A DNA stretch of 64,000 nt from Heterodontus francisci (Eukaryota), in contig NC_090401.1 of the NCBI RefSeq assembly GCF_036365525.1, forward strand, positions 31,207,036 through 31,271,035. The letters are read 5' to 3'. Each line of letters starts with the position of its first letter. The stretch's first letter is position 1. The translations under genes and the position numbers were made by a program. This document shows positions 1 through 10,750 of the stretch, one piece after another. The notes under the pieces were generated by a model, which saw nothing but the letters and a program-made list of their open reading frames with translations, was not told the origin of the DNA and searched no databases.

Positions 1-121
1 CCCCCTCCATTAGCGACTGCAGCCACAGACATCATTTTTGCTCCCAAGGATCCAGCTGCTATTCCAGCACCAGTGAAGCCAGCTGCACCAACAACAACTG
101 GGGCAGCAACTACTGCAGCAG
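1..121 (-). CDS. IFI27L2: Gene A, ISG12-domain exon (IFI27-like, interferon alpha-inducible protein 27 family); truncated by the window edge
   Basis: Acceptor ttctatttttgcag precedes 121. Phase-1 translation [41 protein letters not shown] matches the ISG12 motif. The symbol is family-level only. Confidence 0.93.
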
Positions 122-1230
122 CTGCAAAAATAGAATAAAGTCAGTTGATAAGGGAACTAAAAATTTGCTTGGTGATACAGCACCCCGTTTAGGCTCTTGG
201 CTGTAGAGATCACAGCTCCAACAAATCCAAAAATGGCATGGGAAGAAATGGAGCAAAGGGGTTTGCCATGACCCTGGCAGCCTTTCAAAAAGAAAGGAGC
301 ATGACCTTCAGTTAGCAAGAGTATAAATTACACCATGATGTCTTTGTTTTAAAAGAGCACATCATCATGTCACATGTTTGCATTTTAAAGTTGCAAATTT
401 GAAAAAGAAAGGTGACTTTGCAATGAAATACTCAACCCTGATACTCAGAATGGACCATAAAAAACGTACAGCACAGGAGGCCATTCAGGCCATCATGCCT
501 GTGCTGCCTCTTTGAAAGAAAAGTCATGCTTAGTTCCACACCTCCACTTATTGTCCATAACCTGCAAGTTCCTCATCCTCAACTATCTGTCCATCTCCCT
601 TTTAAAACTATTTATGGAATTAGCTTCCACCACCTTTTCAGACAGAGCATTCCAGATTCCCACAACTCAGTGAAAAAAAAAATCTCTCCTCATCTTCCCA
701 CTAGATCTTTGGCCAATGATTTGAAATCAATGACATCTGGTTATTAACCCAATATTTTTTTCTACTTTATTTGCTTCTTTAACCACCTTATTAACTTGCC
801 CTGCCACCTTTATGAATTTGTGTATATGAACAACAAAGTCTCTCTGTTCATCTACACTCACTCAATCTAGGCTGGCAATTTAGTGCAGTGCTAAAGGACG
901 GATGAATTGTCAGAGATGCCATTTTTCCAAGGAGATGTAAAACCAAGCTGCCATCTGCTTATTCAGGTGGATGCAGCAAAAGATGCCATGGCACTTTTTG
1001 AAGAATAGCAGGAGTTCTTCTGGTGTTCTGGGCAACATTCCTCAATCAGTAAATACCACTGAAAATAGATCATCTAGTTATTTTTTCCATTTGCTGTTTG
1101 TTGGACCATCCTGTGCGCAAATTGGTTGCCACATTTCCTGACAGAGCAGCAGTGACTGCACATAATCAAGCAATTGTGAAGCAATATCGGGACATCCTGA
1201 GAAGGTGTATATCAATGCAATTTCTTTTAC

Positions 1231-1266
1231 CTGCTCCTCCTGCAACCCAGGCAACTGTCGACCAAT
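1231..1266 (-). CDS. Gene A, 36-nt coding micro-exon (D)WSTVAWVAGGA
   Basis: Flanked by tatttatag and gtaaaa. Symmetric phase 1. Equivalent to the pre-core exon of genes B (WIAGAAAIGA) and C (PYIAVGG). Confidence 0.8.
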
Positions 1267-2177
1267 CTATAAATACATGGGCAAAACAGAAATATTAGAC
1301 AAGTATTCAACGGTGAGACAAGCCACTCATTTGATAACTTTCTTGACTGCTAAGTCAGTAATGTAGGAAAGCAGTCAAGTTACAACCAGCATTTTATTAG
1401 TTTGCAGACTACTTGTGTAATTGTTTCCTCTCAGCATGAGCACTAATAATGTCAGGGGCACATTCATATACAATCCTACAGATCCCAAGCTCAAGGGTCC
1501 CTGCTAAATATGGGGGTCCCTCCAGGGTTAGCAAACTATGTCCAATAAGCATCTCCCTGTCCACAATCCCATTGGACAAGAAATCTCCTGGCCACGCCCA
1601 TGAGTCTCAGTGCTGGAGAGCTGCAGTCCAGTTTTCTCCTTTCAGGTAGGTTTTAATGAATGGGGATGAGGGGGGAGGGAGTTGTTCAGGGTTGCTGAAG
1701 GACCCTAAAGAGCCCTAAGAATTCTTAATTGGTCTCTGATTAAGCTATTTTTATATTACTTACTTCTAGGCTATTGGCACCAGTTCTCAGGCAGCTGAAG
1801 GCAACAGTGTAGCCTTGCCGGAGTTGCAAAGGCTGGTGATTGGGAGGACCTGGTTTTAAGAAAAATGCCTGCACTGGGTCATTTTCTATCAAGTTCGTGG
1901 ATGCAAAAATAACTGGGAGTGTCCATCTGACACTTTCCCAATGCAGTGAACAATACTGGTTTAGAAGGAAAAAAGTGGTTAAGTGTTGCATTCCCCCAGC
2001 CCTGCGATCTCAAACCTGACAGAACACACGAAAATGAAAAACCATTCAAGAAAAATAGTTTCTCTTAGCAACACAATTAATGGTAGTTTACAATCACTAT
2101 GGATTCTATGGACACACAGTATGGAAAAGAGGGAAGAGATATGAGGAAGAGGATGAGTAGAGGAGAATGGGGGTTAC

Positions 2178-2204
2178 CTATATCACATGAAGGTAGGCTT
2201 GAAC
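2178..2204 (-). CDS. Gene A, 27-nt coding micro-exon (G)SSLPSCDI
   Basis: Acceptor cttccctgttttgcag and donor gtaacc. Symmetric phase 1 with no stop codon. Confidence 0.65.
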   Translation of the reverse strand, partial: VQAYLHVI

Positions 2205-3190
2205 CTGCAAAACAGGGAAGATAACAGAATGAGAACATTTTATTTTATTTTTGTCTTTTAAAAATATATTTCTTCTATACACACAAAATCATCTCACGTA
2301 TCATTGCTCACAACGTCAGAGGATACCAACTTGCATTTATATATCATCTTATCAACCTCAAAATGACCAAAAGCATTTTATGATCAATGAATTACTTTGG
2401 AATTGCACGGGTATTTAGAGAAAAGTGTATAGAAAATGGAAAACGTTCAATATAATTTACATAGCTAGATGGACGTATCTCCACTATGCCCTTTGCATAT
2501 GCTCAAGAATAGTTAAATATTCAAACAAAATGTGCTTCAAAATAGTTTAGTACACCATCCCATATTTTTAATCACTATAAATCCCAACTGGGATATTTGG
2601 TGATTTCTTCTGGACTATCTGTGCCAGAGAAGTAATTGATGTTCGATGATTCTATGTTATTCCAGGTAACATGAAAAGTTTGATATCTCACTTTTCCCCT
2701 CCATCTTGATTCAATCATGCCTGACTGCTGTCTGCCCCTCAAACATTATGCTTAACACTGTTCCATCAAGAATCCTAAGCTTTTGAACTGTGCTCATAAT
2801 CTCAGTCAACTGGTAGAATTGCTAAATGTACTGTTTCTTTTTAAATGGTAAAGCAGCTTCAACTGTTCATTTCTTGACTTCAGCGGTTTCCTTCTAGTCA
2901 CTTGCCAATAATTTGTGAATTCTCCTTTTCACCAGCTGGGTCTTTCCTTCCAGCTTTAGTGTTCAGTCTTTGCGATCCAAAGTTTAAAGTTACCTACTCA
3001 GAGTTCACAGACTTATTTGCCCATTCTATACTTATCAATGTATTGAGACTTTATTGCTTACTTGTTTCCAATAAAAACTAACTTTTTTACAAAAAAGGGA
3101 GAAGATTCAGCAAGATTGTAGAGAAAGGCCAGGCATAAATTTGCAAGTATTTGAAATGAATCAACATTACCACATAAATCTACTTCTCAC

Positions 3191-3242
3191 CTGTGTTGAA
3201 AGAAGCAGACAAGATCAACGCAATATAGACCAGCTCTCGCAT
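3191..3242 (-). CDS. Gene A, first coding exon MRELVYIALILSASFNT (signal-peptide-like)
   Basis: ATG at 3242 in aaaATG context, hydrophobic stretch, phase-1 donor G|gtgag. An upstream acceptor gives exon 3191-3265. Confidence 0.75.
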
Positions 3243-3407
3243 TTTTCCAATATTTTCAAGGAAGACTGATACAAGTATTGTAGATTTCAGTAATAGCTGG
3301 AACACAATAGGACCTTCCTGCACAGATCAACACAAGAAGCAATTTCAATTAAAAAGGTTACGAGGGAAGTACTGACAGTGCTGTGTAATAATCTCATCTG
3401 GTAGCAG

Positions 3408-3469
3408 ATTTATAAATTACAGGTAGAGATGGTTCAAATTGTTATCGGAAAAGCTCGGTTTCATGTTTT
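3408..3469 (-). promoter_or_regulatory. Candidate proximal promoter of gene A (TATA plus ISRE-like half site)
   Basis: Minus-strand TATAAAT at 3414-3408 and GGTTTCATGTTTT at 3457-3469. Weak donor gtcagt at 3376. Confidence 0.35.
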
Positions 3470-3516
3470 GTCTACAGTAATCTTCAGTGAAATTATAATT
3501 CTTCACTCTTAAAATG

Positions 3517-4308
3517 TGTTACAACCAAGTGAGAAATGTGTCCAGGGGTCTGTTACTATCTTCATCTGGTCTTATTGCAACAGGGTTTAATTTTAAACAC
3601 GGTTTTGATCTCCCCTTTGTGAATCCGTGTTCACAACTTTCCAACTATAAGGCAAAGAAATGAGCACAAACAGGCTTTCTGTGGTTTAACGAAGAAAGAT
3701 GAAATTTATTAAACCTTAAACTTGAACTCTAATACAGTTAACACCTACGGATATACAAATACCCACGCAATACACATATGCAAATAGAGACAGAAAAGAG
3801 CAGAAGAAAAGATAAGTAGAACAGTTTGAGACAATATCTTGTTACAGTTTCTCGAGCTCGCTGTAGTCCTTGATTGAATATATGGTCTTGTGTTTCATTG
3901 GGGCCCAGTATTCTTCGTAAACCTTATTCACATAGGAGATTCTGAGTTTACGTATCTTCACAAGATTCAGTTCTGTGGGAAAAAGAGATTGAGGCAGGCA
4001 GACAGGAGAGGAAGTAATTCTTGCTTCAGTTCCAGAAGAGATCTTCACTTCATGAGCACAGAGCTTTGTCTTTTCAAAGTTTTGCGTTTCCAGTTTAAAG
4101 CTCCCCTGGTTGGCCAGCAGGTGGTCACGTGACCGATTGGTTTGACCAGGTCTCTTCCGTGCATTGGGGCAGGGACTGGTTCCTTTGTTTCAACACTGTC
4201 TGCTACTATGCAAATGTCCTTCCAGTCAGGGCTTGCAATTTTAAGTTATTGTTCAAGTGGTGAAATAATGTGTGCCTCAGTCTTGGCAGGTGGGGGGTTT
4301 GCCTGATA
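3517..4308 (-). mobile_element. Solo LTR
   Basis: Termini TGTTA and TGATA, with a 4-bp TSD aatg on both sides (3513-3516, 4309-4312). Both ends are reverse-complement homologues of the solo LTR at 52728-53629. Confidence 0.85.
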
Positions 4309-4439
4309 AATGATTGTAGATAAAAACTTTATTCTTAGTAGGTTACATCAGTGGCTAGTTCTAATAAACATGTAGTCATGTAGCTGCTGTCAGAGGTGGT
4401 GTTTCCTTATGCATTCCTGAGATATGGGAAATGCTGGAA

Positions 4440-5250
4440 AAGCTGAATTTTTAATACCCATCGCTAGTTGCCCCAAGATTCTTCTCCTTGAATCATTGCA
4501 GTCCTTTTGGTGAGTTTTTCCAAAATGGTGTAGGGAATTTCAGGATTTTGATCCAGCAACCATAAAGAAATGGTGGATGTACATCCAAGTCAAGATGGTA
4601 TTGACTTGGAGGGGGAAGGTGTTCCCATACTCTTGCTGCTCTTAACTTTGGTAAAAGTGCTGTTGAAGTAAGCTTGCAAGTTGATACAATGCAACCTTTA
4701 AATCATACATATTGCAGTCACAGGGTTCTGGTGATTAAAAGGGTGGATATTGAATTCAATGCCCAAGGACCGATCAAGCAGACCACTCTGTATTGGATAG
4801 GTTAAGCTTTGAGTGATAGTGCAGATGTATCCATCACAATTGACTTTGTAGTGAAGAAGCACTGGGGGGCCAGCAGGTGAGCCAATTATCAGTGTACCCA
4901 TCTTCTGTTCTATTCCTGCAGCCATGGCATTGGTATGGTGGGGCCAGTTAGGTTTCTGGACAATGTTGATAACATTAAATGTCTTACTGGAGATGGTCAT
5001 TACTTGGCACATAGTGGTGTGAATATTAGCCCGTCTGGATATTATCCAGGTCCTGTTGCAAGCTGGCATGACCTGCTCTTTGAGTTGTGAATGAAGCTTA
5101 AAATCGTACAATCGACAGCCCCATTCCTGACCTGATAAAGGGAAGTAGCTGAAGATGGTTGGGCTGAGGACACTTCACTGAGAAAGCCCTGGGGCTGCAA
5201 TGATTGGCCTCCAACAACATGAGCCTCTTTCTCAGTTTCAAATATAACCT
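4440..5250 (-). mobile_element. Degenerate CR1/L2-clade LINE 3' fragment
   Basis: Colinear similarity to the LINE remnant at 19320-20590. Boundaries are approximate. Confidence 0.6.
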
Positions 5251-5520
5251 CAGCACCACATTCCCACCTACCCCCGATAACCTTTCACCCCTTGCTCAAG
5301 AATCTATCCACCTCTACCTTAAAAATATTTAAGGACTCTGCTTTCATCGCCTTTTGAGGAAGAGAGTTCCAAAGACTCACAACCCTCAGAGGAAAGATTT
5401 CTCCTCATCTCTGTCTGAAATGGGCAACCACTTATTTTTAAGACAGTGACCCCTAGTTCTAGATTCTTCCACAAGAGGAAACATCCTTTCCACAACCACC
5501 CTGTCAAGACCCCTCAGGAG
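5250..5520 (-). mobile_element. CR1 LINE 3' fragment
   Basis: Reverse complement of the CR1 ORF2 end (FQTEMRRN-like), similar to 15350-15600. Confidence 0.7.
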
Positions 5521-6527
5521 TTTAACTGCACATCTGCTCCATGCCTGACATTGCTGTATCATTTATGTATAAACAATGGGGAGTACTATTAGCGTCACAT
5601 TTTGATAGCAAATTATGGCCTATTATGTTGCTGAGATTCTTTCTCATCTCCTTTTCTGTATATATCTCCTGGTGTGAATAGCTACCCGAAACCTACTTGC
5701 CGATTTTAATTTTATTCCTGTTTTACAAGATTCCTTTTTAACCACCCTGCCCAACTGCAGTCACTCCTTATCACCTGTCAGTATCTTGATCCATTACCAA
5801 TTCCAAACAAGTTTTTTTATTTCACTTACAGCTGGTCCCAATGGTGAACTATTTCCCCTGTTGTGCCCAATGCTCACCTCGGAGACTGAACACTTCATAA
5901 CCTGTGGCATTTACTAATCTTTACAAGCATTTCAATGGTCCCCAATTCTACTATCCTTTCCTTCATCTCCATGACTTGCAAACATTCATAGATACTCGAG
6001 CTAACTCCCCACTCAATGACAGGACCGATGCCACAATCCACAGCTCCCTATTCTTTCCTTTGTTCACTAGATTCTCAAATATATTTGAACAATTCATAAA
6101 AAGAAACCTCGTCCATTAACTAGTTTCAACCAATTTAATCTGTAGACGGTTTTCATCTTATTCTGAAACTTGTTACTATCCATCAACATATTTTGTTATC
6201 CGATTTAAGCCAATGTCTGACCTGCACAGTATCCGCAGAACATGAAATGAATGGGTTAACACTTCTGCAAAAAGTGCGGAGAGACTCATTTCAGGAAAGG
6301 GACAGTGGCTTGTCTCATAGCTGAAAAAGAAATGCACCTGGAAGAGTGTTACTGCACCAGCCATCAATATCACACAAGTAACAGAAATACAATGGTAATT
6401 TATGAATATATTGGTGTATATGTGCAATAATTTTAAATGCTTATTATAGAAAAGTAATATCGCTAAAAATGCAAACTGTAGAATAGCTACACTGCATCAA
6501 ATTTCTTTGAACTATCCTCTATATTAC

Positions 6528-6671
6528 CTGATATATGTTGGAGTTGCCTAAAACCAAACAGAACTTCACTCGGAACAACCTGACACACAGCGCATTGCAG
6601 AATATATAGCAAACTGAGAGGAGTCTCCTGGGTCCTAATGCTCAATAAGTTCAACATGTTCAATTTTCAAT
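6528..6671 (-). promoter_or_regulatory. Putative distal promoter and non-coding first exon of gene A
   Basis: TATA-like tatata at about 6603-6608, donor cag|gtaata at 6527. Segment 6611-6671 is 48/61 identical to 30800-30860, upstream of gene B. Confidence 0.6.
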
Positions 6672-6834
6672 CCACCTCGATCTATTTTTTTTGCAGCAAG
6701 AACAGTCTCCCCCAGTATTTTATAACTGTAGTTTAGAACAGAAAGCCGAGGGACGTCACCTTTTTTTTTCACTATTAATTTTTAACCAAGGCGCTGAAGA
6801 GTCTGTAGATTCAAGAAATGGAAACTCCATTATC

Positions 6835-6852
6835 AGTTTCGTTTCCTCGGAA
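6835..6852. promoter_or_regulatory. ISRE/IRF site overlapping a STAT-type palindrome
   Basis: AGTTTCGTTTCC (GGAAACGAAACT on the minus strand) overlaps TTCCTCGGAA, about 230 bp upstream of the TATA. Confidence 0.65.
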
Positions 6853-7585
6853 ATCCACATGATGTCACTGACAGCTCTTCAGCAGAAGCTTTTATAAATG
6901 CAACAACGTTTAGAGATTTAAAACTTTAGAAGGTGTATGTATGTTGGAGACAGTTTTTAATTTGCCGCACTGATCTGAAACTAAAGTTGTGGATCAATGA
7001 TGTCAATAGAAATGAAAACCAGGCAGTTTCAATAACACTGGCAGATCGGCAGTGTTAGATTTACACCCAAGTGGCAAATTGAGAATCAACCCCATTGTGT
7101 GTGAACGGGATGTTGGAAACCAGTTGTTCTGACAGCAAGGAGGCCGACAGCTCACTGGATTCAGGCTGGCCCAACGTTGGCCACTGGAGACCGCTGGGCC
7201 TGCAGCAAGTTAATCCCAGTAGATTGTCGCAATGGGGATGGAGGGCTGCCCAGTGGCAGTGGCCCGGAAATGGGTGCCGTTCCCTTCTGCCACATGGTTG
7301 GCAACCCCACTGCGGATCACGTGTGGCGGGCGACCATTTTACATAGTAGAGGCAGAGCCCCCCACCACCCCCCCTCCAAATCACATGGCGGGGCGGGATG
7401 CGAGCAGTCAGTTACACCATCAGATGACTCTGGAGCAGGTACTGTTGCCATATTTAAAGGCCTGCCAGCCCTGCATTCACACCTGTTTTGGAGTTGTTTG
7501 CAGCTTTCAGTGTGCTGCTGAAAATGGTGTTGGATTGACTCCTGGATGACCACCACCCCCCAAACTCCCGAGGAGGACACACAAG

Positions 7586-9331
7586 ATGGCTGAGCCAAGA
7601 CACAGGATGGACCCAGGGTTTAGTGGTGCCTCCCTGCAGATTCTCCTCCAGGCTGCACGGGAAAGGAGGGAGGTCCTCTTCCCCAGCGATGGCAAGAAGA
7701 GGTCCTCTCCCCTGACCAAGCAAGCCTGGACCGAAATCACAGAGGAGGTCAGCAGCTGTGGGGTCACCCAACACAACTGGGTGCAGTGCCGAAAGAGGGT
7801 CAATGACCTCCTGCGTTTGGCCAAGGTGTCTGCTCCATAACTCTCTATTACTGAGTGTAAGTGGCTATGCAGGAGGATGTGGGGCATGATGAGGGTGGCA
7901 CAACCACAGTGATGGCAGAGGGGGTAAGGCATCACTACATCCTGACAGATGCATGGCTGCATGTTGGCCACAGGCCACCTTCTTTCACAGCTCACCCCCC
8001 ATTAACTCCCCTGAGAGCGGATGGGAGCATGAGCTATATGTGATGCCCCAATAGGAGACAAGGGGCTGACACTAGCAGAACTGTCATGTTGATCACTCTG
8101 CGAATTCTTACTATCTCTCTCTTTCCACTTGCAGGACAAGAGGTCCCACAACAGGAGAGAGATGGCTCAGTCTGGCAGAGACCTTCCAGATCTACGGCCT
8201 CTCACCCCAGCCGAGGAAGAGGCCTTGGAATTGTTAGGGACCAAGGGCAGACACACCATATCAGATCGAGAGACTACAGTCTCTACACAAGAGAGTGAGG
8301 CTTGGCTTCCATCAACATACGGATCACTTCTGGAGACACACATCACTTATGGTGGACATGACGAGATCTGCATAGAATAATCCACATGTTTATGTTCTCT
8401 CAGGCAAGTCGGCGGTCGCAGGAGATTCAACCAGAAGGGGGACAGCCATCCACCTCTGAGGAGGAGGAGCACTCCGAGGATGAACTGTCCCATGACTTTC
8501 CTGCACCTTCCACCAGAGCAGAAACCAACACCTCAGTGGGTTTCTGCTTGGCTGTAGAATCAGGGTCACTAATTGGTGAGAGCACAGCATACGTACCTGA
8601 GCAGCTAGCTGAGGCTGAGACAACCGAGGACACTGATAGTCGGATCTGGCCAGGCCCATGCTGAGCCCCAGTCTGATGATGAGCCTATGGTATTGTCAGC
8701 ACAGGGCATACTTGAGTTCCAGAGAGAGTAAGGCAACATCTGGCGGCGATGCCAGAGGCTATGAGTGGACGATGGAGGAGTCCATCCGTGCTATGACTGC
8801 TGCCATGTCTCAGGCGTATGAGCACATGGCTTCTCCATCGAGAGGTTGGCGACCCTCATGGAGGGCCAGATCCTACAGATGCGTGCAGACTTTCACACCA
8901 CCGCGTTGGCCATGAACTTGATGCAGCAGGGGCAAGGCAAGAGAAGGACAAGGCGCCTGGAGTCTTCTCCATCTCCTGCTCCTTCTCTAGTGAGCAGGGA
9001 GGTTCAAGTTAACCTTGAAAGGGAGAAGGAGAGGCTGACATCCGCAGCTGGGGGCTCCCCTCAGGGCGCTCTGATTGTGGACACCGGCTCCTCAGCCCCT
9101 CTGCCAGTGAGACCAGCTCCAGCAGCCTTGAGGCGTGAGGAGGGTTCTGCACCAGTGCAGGAAACCTCCTGGCAGCAGGGGCCCTCCAGGCCTCAGGCAG
9201 CCAGAGGACAGCCACCAAAGTCATCACAGGCCATGGGGCAGCTTGATCAGCAGCCTGCCTCCAGCCCAGCAGCTAGCGCAGGGTTCACACCTCATTGGAG
9301 CACCCACAAACACGTTAATAAAACCACATAG
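7586..9331 (+). pseudogene. Harbinger Myb/SANT-like DNA-binding protein (spliced, frameshifted)
   Basis: LLQAARERREVLF...KQAWTEITEEV...WVQCRKRVNDL is a Myb/SANT signature. Donor near 7826, acceptor near 8134 (DKRSHNRREMAQSG...LTPAEE) and acceptor near 8403. Confidence 0.8.
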
Positions 9332-9556
9332 CTACACTTGAGGATTCATGTCTGTCAGAAATTTTACGTATTGATTAATTAAAAGTTCATTTGCTCAAAT
9401 CATTAATGATTATTATGTGAAAGCCATTTTCCATTAGGCCTTAATTGTGATCTGCTGACATTCCCCTTCCCCATTACTGAAATGCCTATTTAACTACAGT
9501 CCTCATTAACATATGTTCTCCCATGGGCACAATTGTGGTTTGCAGCTGGGCGCAAA

Positions 9557-10750
9557 TCAGGGAACACAAATGGAAAGGAGGTGACAGACTACGTGCATCG
9601 AGGTGAGTCTTTCTTGGTTTCTCTGTGACTGGGCATCAGGAATGCTGGAAGCGGCTGATTGTGAGGTTGTCTCTTGCCTCCTTGGCACACAGCTCAATCT
9701 GCCTGGCCTCTGGTGCAAGGGCTTCAACATCCAGCACTGCTTGCTCCTTTCCCTCCTTTGCATCTCATCATCATATATGGCCTCCCGCCTCTGCAGTGCC
9801 AGATTGTGCCGAGCACAGCAGACCACCATGATACGCGATACTCTCACTGGGACATACTGCAAGGCTCCACTGCATCGATCCAGGTACCAGAATCTCATCT
9901 TCAGCAGCCCAATGGCCTACTCAATGATCACTCAGGTGGAGCTATGGCAAGTGTTGTACCTCTCCTCTGCTGCAGTGCGGAGGCTGTTCAAAGGCATCAG
10001 TAGCCATGTCTTTGATGGGTAGCCCTTGTCACCGATAATCCATCCCTGAGGCAAGCGGTGTCCTGAAAAGCTGTGGCACCGGGACTGTAGACGTGTGTAA
10101 GCATCATGGCTGCTTCCCAGGAAGTGGGCACACACCAGCAGGAAATGCTTTCCTGTTGATTAAGGCAGCTGGATGGTCCGTGGGAACATTGATGCCCATA
10201 CGCGAGCCGTCTATCACAACTTACACCGACATAAATCCAGTGTTGGCCCCGAACCTGATGGCCCTCTTGTCCTGACTGTCAGTGTTGGTCTGGTAGTTCA
10301 TATAGTCACCGGCTCTCTTGAACAGGGCATTTGTCACCTCCTTGATTAAGCCAATGGGCTTCTGCCTGGGAGACCCCACACATGTTCCCGATGGAACCTG
10401 GAAAGATCCAGCTGCAGAAAGTTTTAGTGCCATAGTGATCATCAGGGCCATTGGCATAGGGTGACCCCCCCGCAAATCCCATAGATCACAACTCAACCTA
10501 CAGCTGTGCATTAGTCTGTGATGGACTCCCTGAAGAGCCGTAGTCTTCACTGAGAATACCGCACGGAAATTTGGAGGTGGCTGATTCGAGACTGGTACAC
10601 TCTCTTGTGCAGGTGGGCCCTTCTTGGCATGGCCAGCTTCTGATGCTCCCATCGAGGAGCTTCACGGGCAGGCACAGCTGACTCTTGGCCCTCCCTCCAT
10701 CCGAGGTGCTGTGTCATGCCATGGTGGTCCAAAATTGACAGGGTGTATGA
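9557..10750 (-). pseudogene. Harbinger (HARBI1-like) DDE transposase, frameshifted
   Basis: Motifs GSSHDAY, IIGDKGYP, ERYNTCHSST and RF..LD..GALQY..VCC..HNLA occur in broken frames. Confidence 0.85.

Noticed and set aside
6338-6364. Possible coding exon MAGAVTLFQ for gene A
   Set aside because: It has a weak gtgcat donor in phase 0, no adjacent AG acceptor, and is incompatible with the downstream phase-1 exons.
7586-10750. Domesticated host HARBI1 or MSANTD/NAIF1 genes
   Set aside because: The multiple frameshifts and stops, the convergent layout inside terminal repeats, and related remnants elsewhere in the window indicate a decayed transposon.
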